IMG/VR virus record: IMGVR_UViG_3300027759_000010
Span: 1 to 60,257 of that record
Direction: 5' to 3' (one strand)
Source of the DNA: a virus
Taxonomy: Duplodnaviria > Caudoviricetes
DNA length: 60,257 nt
Shown: piece after piece, positions 23,441-30,710 of the stretch
Layout of the letters: each line of letters opens with the position of its first letter
Numbering within the stretch: position 1 is the stretch's first letter
The notes under the pieces: generated by a model
What the model was told of the DNA's origin: nothing
Databases searched by the model: none
The model's input: only the letters and a program-made list of their open reading frames with translations
Program-made: the position numbers and the translations under genes

Positions 23441-24368
23441 TAAGCCACTTATCGACAAGTTTTTTGACCGTGTTACATCTAATGATCTTGGATTGCCGAC
23501 TGAGTTCCGGCACAACGTACCGAAGAAGGATGTGCAAACATTTATCCTGTCGCCCGAAGTTGCGTTGAGCGCCGAGATGCTTGTGCGTTCTAAGTCTTTC
23601 AAGATGCCTAACCTTGCTGAATTGCGTATGCCGTACCCGCATACGGTGATCGAGTACCCGCTAACAGAGGACATTCGCAAACTGCGGCACAACGGCACTA
23701 TAAACGGCATCGTTGAGATAACACGCATCGGCGCATACATCCAAGAAATCAACGAAGGTGTGTTTACTTGTTTGCCGTATTGGGAGTTTGTTGACGGTCG
23801 TATTCAGCATAGCTTTTTTATGTTTTTATTTGGCATGAATGCGCTTGGCGCACTTAAAGTGTCCCTTAGCTCTAGGGTCAACGGAGAGGATGCTATTGAT
23901 TGCAACATCGTACCGTGCACATCGTTTATCGTAGCCGCAGAAAAAGCGGGGGTTCCACCCGAGCGATTTAAACAACTATTTGCAGCGCCTGAAACACAAC
24001 AACATATCAGGGAAGCTGCCACAGAAATTCCATGTCTTATGTTTGCCTCCTATCTCTTGCTTAGCTGTAAAAGTGGAGTAGGTCGGACTAAAGTTTCCGC
24101 ACGAGTACCCCCTAAAGGCATGAAGCTTGGCGGTAAAAAACAGAAAGCATACTCTGCTAGTGCGTACACACTGCTGCATTTGGAAGAGATTGAGAGCGCC
24201 ACCACCGAGGGTGTTGTAAGTCGCCGTTCAGATATTTCAGCCCACTACGTGCGAGGCCACTTTAAGCAGCGCAAAAGCGGTATCTATTGGTGGAATTCAT
24301 TTGTGCGCGGTAACGGGGAGCCCCGTAAACGCGAAGCTTACTTGGTGAAAGACTATGGAGCATGCTGA
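23427..24368 (+). CDS. Hypothetical protein flanked by 13-bp direct repeats
   Basis: 313 aa, C-terminal HYVRGHFK...WW..FVRG motif; TATGGAGCATGCT at 23426 and 24354. Confidence 0.75.
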   Translation: MEHANKPLIDKFFDRVTSNDLGLPTEFRHNVPKKDVQTFILSPEVALSAEMLVRSKSFKMPNLAELRMPYPHTVIEYPLTEDIRKLRHNGTINGIVEITRIGAYIQEINEGVFTCLPYWEFVDGRIQHSFFMFLFGMNALGALKVSLSSRVNGEDAIDCNIVPCTSFIVAAEKAGVPPERFKQLFAAPETQQHIREAATEIPCLMFASYLLLSCKSGVGRTKVSARVPPKGMKLGGKKQKAYSASAYTLLHLEEIESATTEGVVSRRSDISAHYVRGHFKQRKSGIYWWNSFVRGNGEPRKREAYLVKDYGAC

Positions 24369-24498
24369 AAATGGAATGCGCATACTGTGGAAGTACATCA
24401 ACAAGAAGACAAGAGACATTCACTATTCATGGGAACGCTGGAGTCGAGGCGATGCCTACGGATTTTGGGAAGTTAGATTCCCTCCCGAGCAAGATTAA
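24355..24498 (+). CDS. Small hypothetical protein (47 aa)
   Basis: Manual translation MEHAENGMRILWKYINKKTRDIHYSWERW...; an alternative frame from 24362 is also open. Confidence 0.4.
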   Translation: MEHAENGMRILWKYINKKTRDIHYSWERWSRGDAYGFWEVRFPPEQD

Positions 24499-24524
24499 CC
24501 AACTGAAAAAGAAGAGGGGCAACA

Positions 24525-24740
24525 ATGTTTAAATATTTATGGACAGAACTCAAGCTGATGCTCAAGACCGTTACGCCGATTCAAGCGGTGACACATGAGC
24601 TACTTCACGCAGAACACGCTCTATTACAGGCAGAGTCAGGCGTGGAATATGCGACTGCACTGGTGGCGTACAACAAGAATCGGGTCAAGCGCTTGAGGGC
24701 GTATTTGGATAAGACTGAAGAAGTGAAGGAGCCGACATGA
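24525..24740 (+). CDS. Hypothetical protein
   Basis: 71 aa, GAGGGG RBS. Confidence 0.7.
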   Translation: MFKYLWTELKLMLKTVTPIQAVTHELLHAEHALLQAESGVEYATALVAYNKNRVKRLRAYLDKTEEVKEPT

Positions 24741-24973
24741 ACTGCGACACAGGAGCAATCTGCCCACATACGCCTCAGTGTGACCACATTTGCCAAGCCA
24801 TCGAAACCCGCAAAATCAAGCCGTATCCGGCAATACCTGATGACATTGAGCCAGTGCCGCAAGTGTGGCAAGTGGTTGGCAGCGTTTTAGTTGGTTTTGT
24901 GCTGGTGGCGCTGGTAGTGATAGCCGCCCTGTTTTTCTTTACTGGGCTTTACATTTGGAGCTTGTTGATATGA
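24737..24973 (+). CDS. Small membrane protein
   Basis: Cys-rich N terminus, C-terminal hydrophobic helix; AAGGAG RBS. Confidence 0.65.
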   Translation: MNCDTGAICPHTPQCDHICQAIETRKIKPYPAIPDDIEPVPQVWQVVGSVLVGFVLVALVVIAALFFFTGLYIWSLLI

Positions 24974-25026
24974 CCAAAGACGAAGCACTGAAGCTGGCGC
25001 TGGAGGCGCTGGAAGAATACCATTAA
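24970..25026 (+). pseudogene. Truncated gene remnant (MTKDEALKLALEALEEYH*)
   Basis: ATGA-coupled start with GGAG RBS, but the frame stops after 18 aa. Confidence 0.45.
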
Positions 25027-25080
25027 GCGCACTGCTGACCTGACCACGATTCACACATGCACACCACCAAGGGAAAACAC

Positions 25081-25242
25081 ATGAACTTTGGCCAAAATAA
25101 ACTTATCGATGGGTTGGTTGAAGACCTATTAAAAACAATCCACAAATACGATGACTCTCTGTACATGGCGACTGTGATTGGCTGCATGGAGATTGTTAAA
25201 CAGCAACTGATTGATGAGGCAAAGGAGGACGGGCATGACTGA
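25081..25242 (+). CDS. Small hypothetical protein
   Basis: MNFGQNKLIDGLVEDLL...VIGCMEIVKQQLI. Confidence 0.65.
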   Translation: MNFGQNKLIDGLVEDLLKTIHKYDDSLYMATVIGCMEIVKQQLIDEAKEDGHD

Positions 25243-25414
25243 AGAAGACGATGATACACAGGTGTACAAGAAGCCGTGGGTAAACCTGAGTGATTCACAG
25301 ATAGAAGCGATCTACTACGAGGTGGTAGCGGAACACCGAGGTGCGCCTATGCCTTGGGGACAAGTAGTGTTTGCAAAAGCGGTGCAAGCTATGTTGAAGG
25401 AGTTGAACGCATGA
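25235..25414 (+). CDS. Small hypothetical protein
   Basis: MTEEDDDTQVYKKPWVNLSD...FAKAVQAMLKELNA. Confidence 0.65.
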   Translation: MTEEDDDTQVYKKPWVNLSDSQIEAIYYEVVAEHRGAPMPWGQVVFAKAVQAMLKELNA

Positions 25415-25635
25415 CACTACAAGAACAGTTTGGGCAAGCCAAAGTACAGCTTGAACAACTTGTCGCAGGTAGGCCGAAGTTTTATCGTGCATGGGAGGAC
25501 ACATGGGCTACGTTTCACGAAGATCCAGCCGCTTTCCGCAAGGCATACGACAGCTTGTACGGCTATGACGTTGAGAAGAACAAAGTTTGGGACGAAGTAA
25601 AGCGTCTGAGAAAAATAATTGAGGAGAACGCATGA
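25411..25635 (+). CDS. Small hypothetical protein
   Basis: ATGA-coupled, AAGGAG RBS. Confidence 0.6.
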   Translation: MTLQEQFGQAKVQLEQLVAGRPKFYRAWEDTWATFHEDPAAFRKAYDSLYGYDVEKNKVWDEVKRLRKIIEENA

Positions 25636-25805
25636 CCTACGAAGAGTTCATTGACTTTGTTAAATCAGAGTGTATGCACGAAACCATTTACGAAGACAGC
25701 GAAGGCAGACTAATCCTTGTGATTGATTTGCTGAGCGCATACGTCATGGTGAACAAACTCAAGGAGAATTGGAAAAAACCATACGGCCCAAAGGTGAACA
25801 CATGA
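25632..25805 (+). CDS. Small hypothetical protein (57 aa)
   Basis: Manual translation MTYEEFIDFVKSECMHETIYEDSEGR...; ATGA-coupled at both ends. Confidence 0.6.
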   Translation: MTYEEFIDFVKSECMHETIYEDSEGRLILVIDLLSAYVMVNKLKENWKKPYGPKVNT

Positions 25806-26005
25806 GGCCGCACTTTAATTTCCATCGGCGCATTGGTCTCACCCCCAGCGTTGGGGTTGAGTTTGCCAACTACAACTCAAGTGGGACAATCATCCTGCGT
25901 TTGTGGTGGTCTGCGGTTACATGTACGTTTGATGTCCCCAAGCGGTATCGGAAAGTGGAGGACGAAGAGACCCGTTTTTACAGACAACTCAGGGAGAACA
26001 TATGA
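25802..26005 (+). CDS. Small hypothetical protein
   Basis: MRPHFNFHRRIG..., ATGA-coupled. Confidence 0.55.
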   Translation: MRPHFNFHRRIGLTPSVGVEFANYNSSGTIILRLWWSAVTCTFDVPKRYRKVEDEETRFYRQLRENI

Positions 26006-26132
26006 CAATACAGCTTGCAGCCGACGATGGGGATTTTTACGGATTGCCCCGTGACTCGGTAAGTTCGTCAAACGCGGGCGGCAATGGCGTGACTGCTGGA
26101 GAGACAGCACCTATTAACGTGGGGGTAAAGCG

Positions 26133-26378
26133 GTGATTAAGTACGACGGCTACGACGAAGCGATCATTGGGCCAGCGTATATCTGGCGTGACAGTACGCA
26201 CGTATCTGTATTGGTTTACGACGCGGAGAAAATACGGGATATTCTTATGAAGCGTGATGGCATGTTGCACGAGGACGCACGTGAGTTTATTGAGTTCAAT
26301 ATTGAAGGCGGCTACTTGGGTGAACAAACCCCTGTGCTAGTTTGGCCTAATGACCTATGGGATTGGGATGAGTCATGA
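26133..26378 (+). CDS. Conserved small phage protein
   Basis: DGYDEAIIG...VYD...EDAREFIEFNIEGGYLGEQTP. Confidence 0.75.
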   Translation: MIKYDGYDEAIIGPAYIWRDSTHVSVLVYDAEKIRDILMKRDGMLHEDAREFIEFNIEGGYLGEQTPVLVWPNDLWDWDES

Positions 26379-27037
26379 GTATCGTTTGGTCATTCAGCAG
26401 CCTAAAAACATTTCAGCAGTGCCCTAAGAAGTACTACCACACTAAGATAGCTAAGGACATTGTCGAACCTGACACAACGGCAACGCTGTATGGCAAGACT
26501 GCTCACACTGTGGCGGAGGAATACGTCAAAGATGGAGTCCCGATCCCTAAAGCGTTTGCGTATATGCAAGCTACTCTAGACGTTCTAAAAGAAATCCCCG
26601 GAGACAAATTATGCGAGGTAAAGCTTGGGTTGACAAAGAACTTGGAAAGTTGCGATTTCGATGCACCGAATGTGTGGTGGCATGGGATAGCCGATTTGGT
26701 AGTTATCAATCGGGAGACTGGGACGGCTCACTCGGTCGACTACAAGACAAGCAAGAATGCGAGATATGCGGACGTGAAGCAACTCGATCTTGTAGCCTGT
26801 GGCCTGTTCGCCAAGTTTCCGGAAGTCAAGAGGGTGAAGTCTGCTCTCCTTTTCGTGGTGAGTAAGGAGTTCGTCAAGGCTGAGCACCATTCCGAGATGT
26901 TGATTAAGTACATGGAGTCCCCCTCCAAAGATGTTGCAAGAATTGAGGCGGCATTGGACAATGGTGTCTGGAACCCAATCCAAGGCCCACTGTGCAAGTT
27001 CTGTGCAGTGAGAGATTGTGAATACAACAGGAGCTAA
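26375..27037 (+). CDS. PD-(D/E)XK exonuclease (Cas4/AddB-like)
   Basis: WSFSSLKTFQQCP, G...H, GIAD, DYKT, QL, C..C....C. Confidence 0.85.
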   Translation: MSIVWSFSSLKTFQQCPKKYYHTKIAKDIVEPDTTATLYGKTAHTVAEEYVKDGVPIPKAFAYMQATLDVLKEIPGDKLCEVKLGLTKNLESCDFDAPNVWWHGIADLVVINRETGTAHSVDYKTSKNARYADVKQLDLVACGLFAKFPEVKRVKSALLFVVSKEFVKAEHHSEMLIKYMESPSKDVARIEAALDNGVWNPIQGPLCKFCAVRDCEYNRS

Positions 27038-27039
27038 AA

Positions 27040-27396
27040 ATGGAAAATGATTATGTACGCGCACGGAAGACAGACCCCTCGACAAGCCATGAGGCAGCGG
27101 ATAGAGTAAAAGAGTTTGTTCACGCGCACTACCAACAAATACTGCAAGCTTTACTAGACCACGGCCCATTAGGTAAAGACGGTATAGCTAAGAAAGCTAA
27201 TACGAATAACCGTGAGGATGGGGTTGCTATATCTCGCCGACTGCCTGAGTTGCAGAAGATGGGTTTGGTACTTCTTACAGGTGAAAAAGTTCAGTCGCGT
27301 AGTGGGCGCAATGAACGTGAGTGGGTAATTAACCAAGACGCTTATAAAGAAAGGGTCAAACAAAATGCCATACGTAAACAAACCCCGTCCGTATAA
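27040..27396 (+). CDS. Putative winged-helix DNA-binding protein
   Basis: ARKTDPSTSHEAA...SRRLPEL...G......SRSGR.EREW. Confidence 0.7.
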   Translation: MENDYVRARKTDPSTSHEAADRVKEFVHAHYQQILQALLDHGPLGKDGIAKKANTNNREDGVAISRRLPELQKMGLVLLTGEKVQSRSGRNEREWVINQDAYKERVKQNAIRKQTPSV

Positions 27397-27679
27397 AAAA
27401 GAGTACACCCAACAAATTACACGAGGAGAAGCTGATGAACGGCTGGAGCGACAACGAGCACGAGAGTCAATTGACAAGAAAAGTGCCGACACAAACAAAG
27501 ACGGACGTGCTGATGTCCGCGAAGGCAAAGATGTTGCTCATATCAAAGCACTATCTAAAGGGGGCGCTAATAAAAACGGAGTCAAGCTTCAGTCGCCTTC
27601 AGCCAACCGATCGTTTAAGCGTGGCTCAAACCACAAAGTAGTGTCAGAAGTAAGCACCAAAGAACGTAAGAAAAAATGA
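27365..27679 (+). CDS. HNH-like small basic protein
   Basis: R.YKKEY...GKDVAHIKALSKGG.N.......S.NRS. Confidence 0.65.
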   Translation: MPYVNKPRPYKKEYTQQITRGEADERLERQRARESIDKKSADTNKDGRADVREGKDVAHIKALSKGGANKNGVKLQSPSANRSFKRGSNHKVVSEVSTKERKKK

Positions 27680-29079
27680 ACCTATCAGAATATACGTGGC
27701 CCCGCCCACCGGGGTTCACGCCGTTTGAGCATCAGAAGACTACATCAGAATTTCTCACCATAAACCGCAAGGCGTTCTGCTTCAACGAGCAAGGTACAGG
27801 TAAGACAGCATCAGTTATTTGGGCTGTGGACTACTTGATGTCCATTGGTTTAATTAAGCGTGTGTTAGTGATCTGCCCTCTGTCGATCATGAAGTCGGCT
27901 TGGCAGAACGACTTGTTTAAGTTTGCTATCCACAGAACCGTATCAATTGCTTACGGAGCCGCACGTAAGCGCAAAGAAATTGTGAACGCTGGTGCTGAGT
28001 TTGTCATCATCAACTTTGATGGCGTTGGCATCGTTAAAAAAGAAATCATTGCCGGTGGGTTTGATCTCATCGTAGTGGACGAGGCGTCAGCCTATAAGAA
28101 CGCGCAGACTGAGCGTTGGAAAGACTTGCGCGATTTAGCAAAGAACATCAAGGGCTTGTGGATGCTGACTGGTACGCCTGCTGCGCAGTCACCTGTGGAT
28201 GCTTACGGATTGGCAAAGCTTGTGAACCCCAAGGGTGTGTCGCCTTTCTTTGGTCAGTTCCGAGACACGGTGATGATGAAGCTCACTATGTACAAGTGGA
28301 TACCGAAGCCGACCGCACAGCTAATTGTCCACAAAGCCTTGCAGCCAGCCATTCGGTTTGAGAAAGCCGACTGCCTTGATTTGCCGCCCGTTACGTTTGT
28401 TGAGCGAGACGCACCACTGACCCCGCAGCAGTTAAAGTTCTACAACATACTTAAGAAGCAGATGCTGATCGAGGCTGCTGGCGAAGAGGTATCAGCCGTT
28501 AACGCTGCCGTACAGATTAACAAACTCCTGCAAATAGCTGGAGGTGCGGTGTATACGGATACAAAGGAAGTCATTGAGTTCGACGTAAGTAGCCGACTGA
28601 ATGTGGTGCAAGAAGTCATCGAAGAGTCAAGCCACAAGGTGCTTGTGTTTGTTCCGTTTACGCACACCATACAACTGCTTGAGAAGCACTTACAAAAGAA
28701 CAACATTACGTGCGAAGTAATTAACGGCGCGGTTCCTGTAAACAGGCGCTCAGACATTGTCAAGCAGTTCCAAGAGCAGCCAGAGCCAAAGGTGCTAATC
28801 ATCCAGCCGAAGGCGGCGTCACACGGGTTAACGCTAACTGCCGCCAACACAATCATTTGGTATGCTCCATGCACAAGTGTTGAGACGTACCTACAAGCTA
28901 ACGCACGTATCGACAGACCGGGGCAAGTCAACAACATGACTGTGGTACACATCAAGGGTAGCCCCATCGAGGCCAAGATGTACGCACTGCTTCAGGGCAA
29001 CATTAACAACCACCAAAAAGTAATCGACTTGTACCGCCAAGAAATTTCTTCGGAAACTCTTGACAATGTAAAAAGTTAG
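27676..29079 (+). CDS. SNF2-family (SF2) helicase
   Basis: QGTGKT, VVDEA, LTGTP, HGLTLT, QANARIDRPGQ. Confidence 0.9.
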   Translation: MNLSEYTWPRPPGFTPFEHQKTTSEFLTINRKAFCFNEQGTGKTASVIWAVDYLMSIGLIKRVLVICPLSIMKSAWQNDLFKFAIHRTVSIAYGAARKRKEIVNAGAEFVIINFDGVGIVKKEIIAGGFDLIVVDEASAYKNAQTERWKDLRDLAKNIKGLWMLTGTPAAQSPVDAYGLAKLVNPKGVSPFFGQFRDTVMMKLTMYKWIPKPTAQLIVHKALQPAIRFEKADCLDLPPVTFVERDAPLTPQQLKFYNILKKQMLIEAAGEEVSAVNAAVQINKLLQIAGGAVYTDTKEVIEFDVSSRLNVVQEVIEESSHKVLVFVPFTHTIQLLEKHLQKNNITCEVINGAVPVNRRSDIVKQFQEQPEPKVLIIQPKAASHGLTLTAANTIIWYAPCTSVETYLQANARIDRPGQVNNMTVVHIKGSPIEAKMYALLQGNINNHQKVIDLYRQEISSETLDNVKS

Positions 29080-29087
29080 AGTAGAAT
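29060..29087 (+). promoter_or_regulatory. Promoter, same class as 21264
   Basis: TTGACA-N16-TAGAAT; shares TTGACAAWGTAAAAA with 21264. Confidence 0.7.
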
Positions 29088-29138
29088 TAGATTTGTGTGG
29101 GCCTTTGCCGCCACACACTTAACCATTAGGAGAATTAG

Positions 29139-29564
29139 ATGGACGAAGACGTCAAGGACAGAGTCACCCCCGTAGATTTGGACAAGCTGACCACAATCTA
29201 CATCAAGATTAGAGACGCCCGTGCCGACAACAAGCGCACGTTTGAGTCTGAAGACAACGAACTTAAAGAGCAGATGGAAGTGCTAGAGGCACAGATGCTC
29301 GATGTATGCAAAGAGATGAAAGCGGATAGTATCCGCACCCCACACGGCACGATCATTCGCTCGGTAAAGTCACGGTACTGGACGAACGATTGGGATTCAA
29401 TGTACGACTTCATAGAGGAGCACGGTGCATTTGGCCTGTTAGAGAAGAGACTTCATCAAACAAACATGAAAGACTTTCTCTCTGAGAATCCCGAAGTTCT
29501 ACCACTTGGCCTCAATGTGGAGAATTCTTATTCCGTGGTAGTTAGACGTTCAAAGGAAAAATGA
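29139..29564 (+). CDS. Conserved replication-module protein (coiled coil)
   Basis: 141 aa, AGGAG RBS; SIRTPHGT...DW...FI.E......LLEKR. Confidence 0.75.
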   Translation: MDEDVKDRVTPVDLDKLTTIYIKIRDARADNKRTFESEDNELKEQMEVLEAQMLDVCKEMKADSIRTPHGTIIRSVKSRYWTNDWDSMYDFIEEHGAFGLLEKRLHQTNMKDFLSENPEVLPLGLNVENSYSVVVRRSKEK

Positions 29565-29565
29565 A

Positions 29566-30456
29566 ATGAGTAATGTCATGGTCATCAACGAAGACTTGCC
29601 TGACTTCCTGCAAAGTGCAGGGGTTAGCGAGCTTACAAAACAACTCGCCGGTAAGACTGGCGTTAAGCGCATCGTGCCTAAAAACGGAATCTTCCGTAAG
29701 ACGGTCGGTGGTGAAGAGATGGGGAAAGTCAAAGGCAGCTTAGACGTCATCATCGTTAACGCATCTCCCGCTGTGGGCCGCATCTTCTACGTAAAACCGT
29801 GGAGTCCTGATGCCGAGCCGACTGCGCCCGACTGCTTCTCTAACGATGGTCGCACACCTGATGCCGGTGCAGAGAACCCACAAGCTGAGCGTTGCGACAA
29901 CTGCCAACAGAACATCAAGGGTTCGGGCATGGGCAACTCAAAGTCTTGCCGCTATTCACGCCGTATCGCTATGGTGCTGAAAGAGGATTTCGGTACTTCA
30001 CTTGAAGGCGAAGTCTATCAAATGAACTTGGCGTCCAAGTCATTGTTCGGTGAGGGCGCGGGTGAAAACACGCACACCTTTGAAAACTACTCCAAGTATT
30101 TGTCCAACAACGGCAAGAGCTTGGACTACGTTGTTACGCAGATCAGTTTCAACGAAGAGAACGATAACCAGTCTGTGCTGTTCACGCCGACTGGCTACAT
30201 CAACAAAGCGCAATTTGCTGTGACTAGCGAAGTAGCTAAGAAACCTGACGTGTTGAGGATGGTCGTTATGACACCATACCAAGCTGACATGGCGGGCAAG
30301 CAAGCTAAGTTAGATGCACCAGTTTCCAAAGCCACTGCGCCTAAAGCTGAGTCTTCCATTGAAGAGCCAACTAAGCGTGAAAAGAAAGCTGAACCTAAAC
30401 CTACAGTTAAGAAAGACCTTGACTCTGTGGTGAAGGCTTGGAGCGACGAGGAATAA
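29566..30456 (+). CDS. Putative ssDNA-binding/annealing protein
   Basis: 296 aa, PDCFSNDG..PD...C..C.QN.KGS....K.C motif, acidic WSDEE tail, located before the primase gene. Confidence 0.6.
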   Translation: MSNVMVINEDLPDFLQSAGVSELTKQLAGKTGVKRIVPKNGIFRKTVGGEEMGKVKGSLDVIIVNASPAVGRIFYVKPWSPDAEPTAPDCFSNDGRTPDAGAENPQAERCDNCQQNIKGSGMGNSKSCRYSRRIAMVLKEDFGTSLEGEVYQMNLASKSLFGEGAGENTHTFENYSKYLSNNGKSLDYVVTQISFNEENDNQSVLFTPTGYINKAQFAVTSEVAKKPDVLRMVVMTPYQADMAGKQAKLDAPVSKATAPKAESSIEEPTKREKKAEPKPTVKKDLDSVVKAWSDEE

Positions 30457-30458
30457 CT

Positions 30459-30707
30459 ATGCCCTACGGTTACAGCCAAAGCTTGGTGTACGCAAATAAA
30501 CAAGCAAACATTAAGTCTTTGGGTGTGGCCTTGGGACGTGTTTGTATTCGTGCGGACATTAGCGTTAGCGAGGTTGCAGGGTTCTTCGGGGTATCTCGGA
30601 TGACTATCTACAATTGGTTCAAGGGGGACTCTGTCCCCTACCCTTGCTACGCTGAAGTCATCAGCGAATACATCACCCGCACCAAAGCTACCATCCAAAC
30701 AAAGTAA
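30459..30707 (+). CDS. XRE-type helix-turn-helix protein
   Basis: SVSEVAGFFGVSRMTIYNWFKG. Confidence 0.8.
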   Translation: MPYGYSQSLVYANKQANIKSLGVALGRVCIRADISVSEVAGFFGVSRMTIYNWFKGDSVPYPCYAEVISEYITRTKATIQTK

Positions 30708-30710
30708 AAC

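Noticed and set aside
26375-27037. Cas4-like nuclease as evidence of CRISPR-Cas
   Set aside because: Stand-alone PD-(D/E)XK exonucleases are routine in phage replication modules
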